Shown piece by piece: positions 1-8,932 of a stretch of 64,000 nt of DNA. The notes under the pieces were generated by a model that worked only from the letters and a program-made list of their open reading frames with translations, made no database searches and was not told where the DNA came from. This stretch comes from an uncultured Acidobacteriota bacterium (GTDB lineage Bacteria; Acidobacteriota; Blastocatellia; RBC074): assembly GCA_963796275.1 (NCBI GenBank), contig CAWCKY010000006.1:160001-224000 (forward strand). Reading direction: 5' to 3'. How positions within the stretch are numbered: the stretch's first letter is position 1; every line of letters starts with the position of its first letter. Both the position numbers and the translations under genes were made by a program.

Positions 1-28
1 AAAACGATGGACAGCACCCAATCGAGTA

Positions 29-3000
29 ATGGTGATGAAAGGTAAAGCATATATGTTCAGCTCTAGTGTAGAAGTACGAGATAAGAACATTGAAAAGGAA
101 AGCAAGGCGACGATCGAGGGATTCAGGCTGTCCCCGCAACAGGCGCATCTGTGGTTGTTGCAGCAAGAGGCCCAATATCCACCTTACAATTCCGAATGTG
201 TCGTGTTGATCAAGGGACCCCTGGATGCGCAGTTGTTAGAGGCGGTCCTCAATCAGGTCGTGAGGCGGCATGAAATCTTGCGTACCACCTTTCGCCGCTT
301 GCCCGCGATGACCCTGCCACTACAGGTCATCTCCGAAAAGGGGCAGGTGATGATGCGGACTTGCAATTTGAACGGCCCGGTGGCTCACGCGCAAGAAGGC
401 TCGATCGAATCATTACTTAAAGAGACCGGCCTTGACGAAGCCGGTCGGACGCCCTTCGATTTTGAACGGGGACCGATGTTGCAAACTACACTGGCGCGAC
501 TCACGCCGGAGACGCATCTGTTGTCGCTCAGGCTGCCGGCGTTGTGCGCCGATGCGGCGTCGCTCGAAAATCTGGCGCGGGAAATCAGCCGCGATTACGC
601 GGCTCACTTCAATGGCGCTGAGGCGCCCGATGAGCCGTCGCAATACGCCGATCTTGCCGAATGGCAGAATGAATTGCTGGAATCGGCGGAGACAAAGGCC
701 GGCCGGGATTATTGGCGCGAGCGATCGTTGGCTGCGCCTCTCGTCGCGCCTCTTCCTTTTGAAAATCGGCGCGCGGAAAAGAATAAGACCGGATCGGCGC
801 TGGGCCGCTTTACCCCGCGATCTCTGCCGGCCGCGGTGGATCCGGATCTGGCGGCGCAAATCGCAGCATTGGCTCATAGACACGGAACTTCAATCAAGAT
901 CGTACTGCAAGCCTGCTGGCAAATCCTGCTCTGGCGCGGCGCCGGAGAGATTCCCATCGGCGTCTCTTACGACGGTAGAAATTATGAAGGGCTGCAAGAC
1001 GCACTGGGATTGTTTGTACGCTTCCTGCCAATAAATTGCCACCTGGAAGAAGACTTCACATTCGTTGAGGTTCTGAACCAACTCGGTGAATCGGCGCGTG
1101 AGGCGCAGGCGTGGCAGGAATGCTACACCTGGGAACAGAAAGATGATAACGGTCTTACATTCTTCCCGCTTTGTTATGAATACTCGGACCTGCACACCGG
1201 CTATCAAGCAGGTTCGAGCGCTTTTTCAGTCGTGCATCTGTCCGCTTGCACGGACCGTTTTAAACTCAAGCTCGCCGCGCTCCATCATGCCGATCGCTTG
1301 ATCCTGGACATCCACTACGACGCCGACCTCTTCACGCGCGATGACATCGCCCTACTGGCTCGGCAGTATCTGACTTTACTCGGCAACGCCGTCGCGGCTC
1401 CCGGCGCCGCGCTCGAGGAGTTGAGCCTGCTCGGAGAGACACAGCGGGAGCGTATCCTGCGCCAGTTCAATCCGGCGCCCACCAGCTTCTCGCCCCGTCC
1501 CATCCATCATCTAATCGAGGCTCAGGCAGCGCTCAGGCCCGAAGCCACGGCGGTGGTGGTGGAAGACCAGCAACTGAGTTACGGCGAACTCAACCGTCGC
1601 GCCAACCAACTGGCCCATCACTTGCAAATGCTGGGCGTCGGTCCTGAAGAGGTGGTGGGCTTGAGCCTCGAACGCTCGGTGGAGTTGGTGGTGGGGATGC
1701 TGGCGATTCTGAAAGCTGGAGGGGCATACCTGCCGCTGGACCCGGCTCTGCCGGCCGAGCGGCTGGCGGGCATGATGGCGGCCGCGAGGCCGCGGGTGGT
1801 GGTGACGCAGGAGAGATTGCGGATAGGGGATTGGGCGGCCTCCACCACAGAAAATGATGACTGGGGATTGGGGGCTGAGGACTGGGAATGTACAGATATG
1901 TTGCGCCAGCTCCGAGTCCCCATATTCGTTGTATCCGGGCGTCGCGCACGAGCAGAAGGGTCCACGGCAATCCTCAATCCGCAATCTGCAAACCGCAAAC
2001 CCGTGATGGTTTGTCTGGATGCGGAGGGGGAGATGATAGGGAGTGAAAGCGATGAAAACCCCGGCAGCCAGGTGGGGCCGGAGCATCTGGTTTACGTGCT
2101 GTTCACCTCGGGTTCGACCGGGAGGCCGAAAGGAGTGGCGGTCGAGCACCGGCAGCTGCACGCATATCTGGAAGGAGTGCGGGAGCGGTTGGGACTGCCG
2201 GAAGAGGCGAGCTATGCGACGGTGACGACCTTCGCGGCCGATTTGGGGCACACGGCGATCTTTCCGGCGCTGTGCGGGGGAGGGACGCTGCACGTGGTGA
2301 GTAAGGAGCGAGCGGCAGACGCGTGGGGGATGAGTGAGTATTTCAGGCGGCATCGGATCGACTGCCTGAAGATAGTGCCGTCGCACTTGAAGGCGCTGTT
2401 GGGGGTGAAGGATGGGGCGCAGGCATTGCCTGGGCGGCGGCTGGTGTTGGGGGGAGAAGCGTCGAGCTGGGAGTTGATCGGGCGTGTGCGGGGGTTGGCG
2501 CCGGAGCTGAGGATAATGAATCACTACGGGCCGACGGAGACGACGGTGGGAGTGTTGACCTGTGAGGTGGAGCAAGAGGGAGAGCAAGAGAGTGGGAATG
2601 TGCCGTTGGGGCGACCGCTGAAGGGAGCGCGGGTGTACGTGCTGGACCGGCGGATGGAGCCAGCGGCGGTGTGGGTAGTGGGAGAGGTGTACGTGGGAGG
2701 GGAGCAGGTGGCGCGCGGCTATTTGAATGAAGCGGAGCAGACGGCGGTGCGATTCGTGCCGGATCCATACAGTGAGGAGGAGGGGAAGAGGTTGTACCGG
2801 ACGGGAGATTTGGGGAGGTACATGCCGGATGGACGAGTGGAGTTTCTGGGACGAGCGGATGATCAGGTGAAGATAAGAGGGTACCGGATCGAGTTGGGAG
2901 AGATCGAGGAGGCGCTCAAAGAGCATGCGGGAGTGGGAGAGAGCGTGGTGGTGATAAGCGAGAGCGCGGATGGGGAGAAGCGGCTGGTGGCGTATGTGGC

Positions 3001-4906
3001 GGCGAGAGAGGGGATGGAGATCGAGGGGAGCGAGTTGCGGCGATATATGAGTGAGAGATTGCCCGAGTACATGGTACCTGGAGCGATAGTGAAGTTGGAG
3101 CGGATGCCGTTGACGGCGAACGGGAAGTTGGATCGAGGGGCGTTGCCGGAGCCTGAGAGTGAGATGGAGGGAGAGTATGTGGCGCCGCGGACGCAGATCG
3201 AAGAACTGGTAGCCGGCGCCTGGGCCGAGGTTTTAAAGCTAGATGAGATTGGTGCTCACGATGATTTTTTCGAATTGGGCGGGCACTCTCTGCTGGTTAC
3301 CCGCGTCGCTTCTCGTTTGTCCGAAGCCATTCAGATAGAGATCCCTTTTCAAATCTTCTTCGAGAAGCGGACGGTGGCCGAGCTCGCCGAGAGCATCGAG
3401 GCAGCCCTTCGAGGAGAACAAGGTTTGCGAATGCCGCCCATACTGCCGGTAGCGCGAGATCGGGAATTACCTCTCTCTTTCGCCCAGCAACGGCTCTGGT
3501 TTTTCGATCAATTGGAGCCGAACAGCTCCGCCTACAACATTCAAGATGCGGTTCGCCTCGCGGGGCGGCTCGACTCGCGAGCCTTGGAGCAAACGCTCAG
3601 TGAGATCGTGCGGCGCCATGAGGTCTTGCGAACCAGTTTCCCGGCGGTCAACGGGCGTCCGGCGCAGGTGATCGCCGAAGCCAGGCCGATGAGGTTGCCG
3701 ATAGTCGATCTAAGCGATCTGCCGCAGTCGCAACGGGAGGCTGAAGCGAGTCGGCTTGTTGCGGAGGAGGCCGTGCGGCCCTTCCGCTTGGATCAGGGAC
3801 CGTTGTTGCGAGGCGGATTATTAAGGCTCCAGGAGGATGATCACATCCTGATATTCACAGTGCATCACATTATCAGCGATGCCTGGTCAATGGGCGCGCT
3901 GGTTCGAGAAGTGGCGGCGCTCTACGCGGCTTTCTCCGCAGGGAGCCCCTCGCCCTTGCTCGAGCCACGCGTCCAGTACGCGGACTACGCGCATTGGCAG
4001 CGCGAGTGGTTGCGCGGAGAGGTTCTGGATCGTCATGTGTCTTACTGGAAGGAACGGCTCGACGGCATTCCAGCGGCGCTGCTACTGCCCACCGACCGGC
4101 CCCGACCGGCGACGCAGACGTTTCGCGGCGAGCGGCATTTCCTGGAGCTTTCTCGACCGATGACCGATGCCATCAAAGCGCTGAGCCGCCACGAAGGTGC
4201 GACTCTTTTCATAACACTGCTGGCGGCCTTTAAAGTTCTGATGCGCTACTACGCTTCGCAGGACGACATCGTGGTGGGGACCAACGTCGCCAATCGCAAT
4301 CACTCTGAGACCGGGGACATGGTGGGGTTCTTCGTCAACCAGCTGGTGTTGCGCTCCGATCTGTCGGGCGATCCAGGGTTTCGAGAGTTGCTGAGCCGCG
4401 TTCGTCGCGTAGCGTTGGAAGCGTACAGTCATCAGGACCTGCCTTTTGAGAAGCTGGTTGAAGAGCTACAGCCGCGCCGAGATATGAGCCGCTCGTTGTT
4501 GTTTCAGGTCAAATTCGAGATGCAAGAAGGCATCAGTCGCATCCTCGAGCTTCCGGGCTTGACGCTGTCACCTATGGAGAGCGAGCACAAAGTGGTGAGA
4601 CACGATCTGCACCTTTCAATGTGGGAGCGCGAGCAAAGGTTGAGCGGCGCGTTGCAGTACAACATCGACCTCTTCAGCGCCGGCGCGATAGAGAGGATCG
4701 CGCGCGATTTCGTTGCCCTTCTTGAAATGATCATGGAAGAGCCGGACGCCAGGCTGAGTGTGTTGGAAGAAAGGCTGCTTGAAAAGGGCAGGCACCAAAA
4801 GATGAAGGAAGAGAAAGAATTGGAAGAAGCCAGCCTGAAGATGCTGAGAAGCAAGAGACGAAAAGCCGCATTAAGCGCGAAGGATAGCCAATATCCTATA
4901 TCTTGA
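29..4906 (+). CDS. NRPS1: interface-type C* - A(Asp) - T - C(terminal)
   Basis: 1625-aa ORF. The N-terminal C-like domain begins EGFRLSPQQ and has LPALCAD in place of HHxxxDG. A motifs YVLFTSGSTGRPKG, NHYGPTE, YRTGD; pocket residues read D-L-T-K-V-G-H-V-G-K (Asp-type). T motif GGHSL; final C domain HHIISDAWS with a basic C-terminal tail. The true start may be one of the nearby downstream ATGs. Confidence 0.93.
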   Translation: MVMKGKAYMFSSSVEVRDKNIEKESKATIEGFRLSPQQAHLWLLQQEAQYPPYNSECVVLIKGPLDAQLLEAVLNQVVRRHEILRTTFRRLPAMTLPLQVISEKGQVMMRTCNLNGPVAHAQEGSIESLLKETGLDEAGRTPFDFERGPMLQTTLARLTPETHLLSLRLPALCADAASLENLAREISRDYAAHFNGAEAPDEPSQYADLAEWQNELLESAETKAGRDYWRERSLAAPLVAPLPFENRRAEKNKTGSALGRFTPRSLPAAVDPDLAAQIAALAHRHGTSIKIVLQACWQILLWRGAGEIPIGVSYDGRNYEGLQDALGLFVRFLPINCHLEEDFTFVEVLNQLGESAREAQAWQECYTWEQKDDNGLTFFPLCYEYSDLHTGYQAGSSAFSVVHLSACTDRFKLKLAALHHADRLILDIHYDADLFTRDDIALLARQYLTLLGNAVAAPGAALEELSLLGETQRERILRQFNPAPTSFSPRPIHHLIEAQAALRPEATAVVVEDQQLSYGELNRRANQLAHHLQMLGVGPEEVVGLSLERSVELVVGMLAILKAGGAYLPLDPALPAERLAGMMAAARPRVVVTQERLRIGDWAASTTENDDWGLGAEDWECTDMLRQLRVPIFVVSGRRARAEGSTAILNPQSANRKPVMVCLDAEGEMIGSESDENPGSQVGPEHLVYVLFTSGSTGRPKGVAVEHRQLHAYLEGVRERLGLPEEASYATVTTFAADLGHTAIFPALCGGGTLHVVSKERAADAWGMSEYFRRHRIDCLKIVPSHLKALLGVKDGAQALPGRRLVLGGEASSWELIGRVRGLAPELRIMNHYGPTETTVGVLTCEVEQEGEQESGNVPLGRPLKGARVYVLDRRMEPAAVWVVGEVYVGGEQVARGYLNEAEQTAVRFVPDPYSEEEGKRLYRTGDLGRYMPDGRVEFLGRADDQVKIRGYRIELGEIEEALKEHAGVGESVVVISESADGEKRLVAYVAAREGMEIEGSELRRYMSERLPEYMVPGAIVKLERMPLTANGKLDRGALPEPESEMEGEYVAPRTQIEELVAGAWAEVLKLDEIGAHDDFFELGGHSLLVTRVASRLSEAIQIEIPFQIFFEKRTVAELAESIEAALRGEQGLRMPPILPVARDRELPLSFAQQRLWFFDQLEPNSSAYNIQDAVRLAGRLDSRALEQTLSEIVRRHEVLRTSFPAVNGRPAQVIAEARPMRLPIVDLSDLPQSQREAEASRLVAEEAVRPFRLDQGPLLRGGLLRLQEDDHILIFTVHHIISDAWSMGALVREVAALYAAFSAGSPSPLLEPRVQYADYAHWQREWLRGEVLDRHVSYWKERLDGIPAALLLPTDRPRPATQTFRGERHFLELSRPMTDAIKALSRHEGATLFITLLAAFKVLMRYYASQDDIVVGTNVANRNHSETGDMVGFFVNQLVLRSDLSGDPGFRELLSRVRRVALEAYSHQDLPFEKLVEELQPRRDMSRSLLFQVKFEMQEGISRILELPGLTLSPMESEHKVVRHDLHLSMWEREQRLSGALQYNIDLFSAGAIERIARDFVALLEMIMEEPDARLSVLEERLLEKGRHQKMKEEKELEEASLKMLRSKRRKAALSAKDSQYPIS
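1253..3225 (+). repeat. Near-identical direct repeat (Asp A domain), copy 1; copy 2 at 12283..14255
   Basis: Sequences align at constant offset 11030 with only a few substitutions seen (e.g. 1261, 1287-1288, ~2284). Confidence 0.95.
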
Positions 4907-4942
4907 AATCTATATCTTCATATCTCAGCCCTGAAAAGAAGA

Positions 4943-6757
4943 ATGTATATCCTAAGTATTTCCGGCCACCATCACGACGCGGCGGCTGCGCTTCTTAAGG
5001 ATGGCTGCGTCATCGCCGCCATTGAAGAGGAGAAACTCGCCCGCATCAAGCGCGTCGGAATGAATCAGTGCGGCGGCCTGCCCTATAAAGCTATTAAATA
5101 TTGCCTGGCGGAGGCCGAGATAGGGATCGAGGATGTCGATTACGTTACGTATTACCTCAAGCCACAGCGCTTATTGCGTCGGCAGTATAAGCTCAATGAG
5201 CGGTTTGCGCGGGGCAGCCTTTCTGAGTTGGGCGACCGCAACGCCGCCAGCGTCCATGAGTTTCGCGACAGGATGTGGACGCGGCGACTGATCAAGCGAT
5301 TGTTGAGCGAATCCTCGAAGGTCTTCGCCGTGGATCATCAGCTTGCCCATGCGGCCAGCTCTTTCTATATGTCCGGCTTTGACCGCGCCGCTATTTTGAC
5401 GCTCGGCGGGAGGGGAGATCTGACCCCGATCGCATCGGGGATCGGCGAAGGAGGGAAGATTCGTCTTTTCAACCGCATCGAATTTCCCAACTCCCTGGGC
5501 TGGGTCTACAGCCTGGTGACGGAATATCTCGGCTTTCATTCCAACGGCGGAGAGCACAAGACGCAATGGCTCAGCGTAACCGGCGAGCCGGAATTCCTTC
5601 CGGCCTTCGGTGACCTGATCAGACTTGATAAAACCGGCATTCCGGCGGTGGAGACTTCCTACTTTGCCACTTCCTTCGAAGAGCCGAGCGAAAAGCCGGG
5701 CGAAGGGCCGGATCCGTTTTCAGAGGCGTTCTATCGAAGATTTGGCGACTGTTTGCGGTGGAAAGATCGGCGGTTCAATGGAGCGAGGCGATGCTCCTGG
5801 GTGGAGAGAATCGAAGATTTGAGCCTGGAATCCCGAATTGGGCCGCGGGCGCCCAGCTATTGCCGGAACCTGGCTCACAGTCTTCAACAGCGCTTGGAGC
5901 AAGTCGTCCTGGCATTGGCGGAGAATGTCCGGTTGAAGTCGGGGGTGAATTCTTTATGCCTCGCCGGCGGAGTCGCCCTCAACAGCCTGCTCGTGTCGAG
6001 GCTGGTGCGAGAAAGCGGCTATAAACACGTGTTCGTTCAACCAGCGGCCGGGAACGCCGGTTGCAGCCTGGGCGCGGGGCTCTTCCTCTGGCATCACCAG
6101 CTTAACGGAGGCGAGCCCCATCCGCTGGAGCACGTCTTCTTCGGACCTCAGTATTCGGACGAGGAGGTGAAGCCGGTTCTCGACAATTGTAAGTTGATCT
6201 ATCGCTGCATTGTCAGCGATGAAAAGCTCCTGGGCGAGACGGTCGAACTGCTCAGGAAAGGAAACATCGTCGCGTGGTTTCAAGGCCGCGCCGAATTCGG
6301 GCCTCGCTCGCTCGGCGCCAGAAGCATCCTGGCCAGCCCGTTGCAGGATTACATGAAAGAGAACCTCAATCTGTTCGTGAAACATAGAGAGGCATTCTGC
6401 CCATTCGCGGCCTCGATCCCGGAAGAGAGGGCGGGGGAATTCTTCGAGAGCTGCGGCCCGCTGTCGCGGTTTCTCCTCACCGTCTCGCGGGTCAGAGACG
6501 AGAAGCGCCATCTGATTCCCGCCGCTTATTTTGCCAGCGGACTCGCACGCGTCCATACGGTGAGTCGTAAGACAAACCCGCTCTTTTGGCGGTTGCTCAA
6601 TAAGTTCGGTGAGATGACGGGTGTTCCTATTCTCCTCAACACGTCATTCAACCTCTTCGGCGAGCCGGTTGTTTGCACGCCTCGGGAAGCGGTTCGCGGA
6701 TATTCCTGTTCAGGGATAGATGCGCTGGTGATCAATAGATTCCTTCTCCGGAAATAA
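4943..6757 (+). CDS. NodU/CmcH/TobZ-family carbamoyltransferase, atypical (degenerate metal ligands)
   Basis: HDAAAAL..DG..IAAIEEEKL N-terminus, HQLAHA, LCLAGGVALN, WFQGRAEFGPRSLGARSIL and LLNTSFN are family motifs; several usual catalytic residues are altered. Confidence 0.9.
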   Translation: MYILSISGHHHDAAAALLKDGCVIAAIEEEKLARIKRVGMNQCGGLPYKAIKYCLAEAEIGIEDVDYVTYYLKPQRLLRRQYKLNERFARGSLSELGDRNAASVHEFRDRMWTRRLIKRLLSESSKVFAVDHQLAHAASSFYMSGFDRAAILTLGGRGDLTPIASGIGEGGKIRLFNRIEFPNSLGWVYSLVTEYLGFHSNGGEHKTQWLSVTGEPEFLPAFGDLIRLDKTGIPAVETSYFATSFEEPSEKPGEGPDPFSEAFYRRFGDCLRWKDRRFNGARRCSWVERIEDLSLESRIGPRAPSYCRNLAHSLQQRLEQVVLALAENVRLKSGVNSLCLAGGVALNSLLVSRLVRESGYKHVFVQPAAGNAGCSLGAGLFLWHHQLNGGEPHPLEHVFFGPQYSDEEVKPVLDNCKLIYRCIVSDEKLLGETVELLRKGNIVAWFQGRAEFGPRSLGARSILASPLQDYMKENLNLFVKHREAFCPFAASIPEERAGEFFESCGPLSRFLLTVSRVRDEKRHLIPAAYFASGLARVHTVSRKTNPLFWRLLNKFGEMTGVPILLNTSFNLFGEPVVCTPREAVRGYSCSGIDALVINRFLLRK

Positions 6758-6812
6758 CGGAAGAGGAAATTCTGCAAACCAACAACCTGGAGCAAGAAGG
6801 AGGAGAAAGACT

Positions 6813-7829
6813 ATGGTTAATACGGAGCAAATCAGACTGGACGAGCAACCGTCACAACGGCCCGTCCTTTACACCAATGCGAGAAATGGAGCGCCGGCGG
6901 TAAGACACCTGCTCTCCCTGGCGGAACTGGGGGAGGCGGAACTCGCCCGTCTGGTGGATCGATCCATAAAGTTCGCGGAGACCCGCGGCGAGGGGCCGAA
7001 ACCACTGACCGACAAGATCGTCGGTATATACTTTCGTAAACCGTCCACTCGCACCCGCAGCTCGTTTACCGTCGGGGCGATGAAACTCGGCGCGCGAACC
7101 ATCGCCTACGGCCCGAATGACCTGCAACTGGTCACTGGCGAAACCATCGAAGATACGGCTCGGGTCTTGTCTGGCTACCTGGACGCGCTCGTCATCCGCA
7201 CCAACGGCAGCATCGCCGAGATGCGGGATTTGGCCGATCAGAGCGAAATGGCTGTGATCAACGCCATGAGCGAGAATGAGCATCCCACGCAAGCGATCGC
7301 CGATCTGGCGACGATCAAAGAGCGGTTCGGCCGGCTGGCGGACATTCATATCCTCTACCTCGGCGAGGGCAACAATACGGCTACCGCGTTGGCGCTCGCC
7401 GTCGCCCAAACGCCTGGCATGAGGGTCACATTCGTGACTCCCGAAGGTTACGGCCTGTCGGAGCCGTTCCTGGAAGAGGCTTGCCAGTTGGCAGGCAAAC
7501 ACGGCGCAATGATCGAGCATCATCACAGCCCGGACGAACTGCCTAGAAACGTCGACGCCGTCTACGCCACGCGCTGGCAAACCATGGGCGAGACTCATTC
7601 CGATTTGAACTGGCGCGAGAAGTTCTGGTCCTACCGCGTCACTCCGGCAGTGATGGCGAAGGTCTCTCAACCCGACACAGTCTTTCTACACGACCTGCCC
7701 GCAGTGCGCGGCGAGGATGTTGATTCCGAAGTGCTCGACGGCCCGCAGAGCCTCGCCTGGCAACAGGCGCGCCATAAGATGTTCAGCGCCATGGCCGTCC
7801 TGGAATGGTGTTTGGCTGCCGGAGCCTAA
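6813..7829 (+). CDS. Ornithine carbamoyltransferase-fold enzyme, probably a VioL/CmnL-like diaminopropionate carbamoyltransferase
   Basis: Carbamoyl-phosphate motifs STRTR and HPTQ are present. Acceptor-site motifs differ from ArgF (TRWQTMG rather than DxxxSMG, HDLP rather than HCLP). Strong RBS (aggaggag); directly upstream of sbnA/sbnB-like genes. Confidence 0.85.
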   Translation: MVNTEQIRLDEQPSQRPVLYTNARNGAPAVRHLLSLAELGEAELARLVDRSIKFAETRGEGPKPLTDKIVGIYFRKPSTRTRSSFTVGAMKLGARTIAYGPNDLQLVTGETIEDTARVLSGYLDALVIRTNGSIAEMRDLADQSEMAVINAMSENEHPTQAIADLATIKERFGRLADIHILYLGEGNNTATALALAVAQTPGMRVTFVTPEGYGLSEPFLEEACQLAGKHGAMIEHHHSPDELPRNVDAVYATRWQTMGETHSDLNWREKFWSYRVTPAVMAKVSQPDTVFLHDLPAVRGEDVDSEVLDGPQSLAWQQARHKMFSAMAVLEWCLAAGA

Positions 7830-7915
7830 GGCCTGGGTAAGGGCCGTAGAAATTGGAAATGGGAGAAAAACTTTTTCCATTTCGCGGTCCGCTGAAGGTT
7901 GGGGTGAAGAAAATT

Positions 7916-8932
7916 ATGAGCGAAGGTATCTTGTCCACGATCGGTAACACTCCGTTGGTCAGATTGAAGCGGGTATTCAAGGATCTCCAATTTCAGCTCT
8001 TCGCCAAGCTGGAGGGGTTCAACCCGGGTGGCAGCGCCAAAGACAGGCCGGCCTTGAACATTCTCGAAGAAGCGATAGAAGCGGGAGTCATTGGGCCGAG
8101 AACCGTGATCGTCGAATCGAGTTCCGGAAATCTGGGCATCGGTCTGGCGCAGGTCTGCCGGTATTTTGGATTGCGCTTTATCTGCGTGGTGGATCCAAAG
8201 ACCACTCAACAAAACATCCGCATCCTCAGGGCTTATGGCGCCGAAATTGATCTCGTCTCGGAATCCGATCCTAAAACCGGGGAGTTTCTTCAATCCCGGA
8301 TTGATCGTGTCCGGACGCTCCTTCGAACGATCAAAGACAGTTTCTGGCCCAACCAATACGCCAATCTGGCCAATGCGGGCGCCCATTACAAAACAACCAT
8401 GCGCGAGATAGCCGAGGAATTGGGGGCATTGGGCGGGAAGATTGATTACCTGTTCTGCGCCACCAGCACCTGCGGCACGCTCAGAGGCTGCGCCGAATAC
8501 GCGCGAGATCACAATCTCGGCGCCAAGATTGTCGCGGTTGACGCGGTGGGCAGCGTGATCTTCGGCGGAAGGCCGGCCAAACGGCTCGTCCCGGGGCATG
8601 GCGCGTCGCGACGCCCCGCGCTTTATCGACCGGGACTGGCTGACGACCTCATCCGAGTCACGGATCTGGATTGTGTGGTCGGCTGCCGCCGCATTATGCG
8701 CACCGAAGCCATCCTGGTGGGCGGCTCATCGGGCGGCGTGCTGATGGCGGTGAATAAGATCAGGCCACGTATCCCACGCGGCGCGACGTGTGTCGCTATT
8801 TTTCACGACCGCGGGGAGCGTTACCTCGACACGATCTATTCGGACGATTGGGTCGAAGAGCATTTCGGTGAAGTGTCAAATCTCTGGCATAGCCAGGTGG
8901 GAGTGGAACAATGCACAGTTGCGACATTCTGA
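7916..8932 (+). CDS. sbnA: SbnA-family PLP enzyme (2,3-diaminopropionate biosynthesis)
   Basis: IGNTPLV, KLEGFNPGGSAKDR, ESSSGNLG, WPNQYAN, STCGT and DRGERYLDTIY motifs; paired with an SbnB-like gene. Start placed at ATG 7916 rather than the TTG at 7853. Confidence 0.9.
   Translation: MSEGILSTIGNTPLVRLKRVFKDLQFQLFAKLEGFNPGGSAKDRPALNILEEAIEAGVIGPRTVIVESSSGNLGIGLAQVCRYFGLRFICVVDPKTTQQNIRILRAYGAEIDLVSESDPKTGEFLQSRIDRVRTLLRTIKDSFWPNQYANLANAGAHYKTTMREIAEELGALGGKIDYLFCATSTCGTLRGCAEYARDHNLGAKIVAVDAVGSVIFGGRPAKRLVPGHGASRRPALYRPGLADDLIRVTDLDCVVGCRRIMRTEAILVGGSSGGVLMAVNKIRPRIPRGATCVAIFHDRGERYLDTIYSDDWVEEHFGEVSNLWHSQVGVEQCTVATF

Noticed and set aside
1-45. Possible 3' end of an upstream gene (frame 1 reads KTMDSTQSSNGDER-stop)
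   Set aside because: Too short to support from this window alone.
1511-2926. Long minus-strand ORFs (also 12541..14316, 48684..49469, 50047..50886 and similar)
   Set aside because: Antisense shadows of GC-rich NRPS coding sequence; low-complexity Pro/His/Arg composition, no motifs, and duplicated only because the sense strand is.
7853-7915. N-terminal extensions of the sbnA-like (from 7853) and TauD (from 9869) ORFs, and the N-termini of ORFs 50089 and 53291
   Set aside because: These are alternative-start or out-of-frame read-ins; family similarity begins at 7916, at 10037 and at the frameshift sites respectively.
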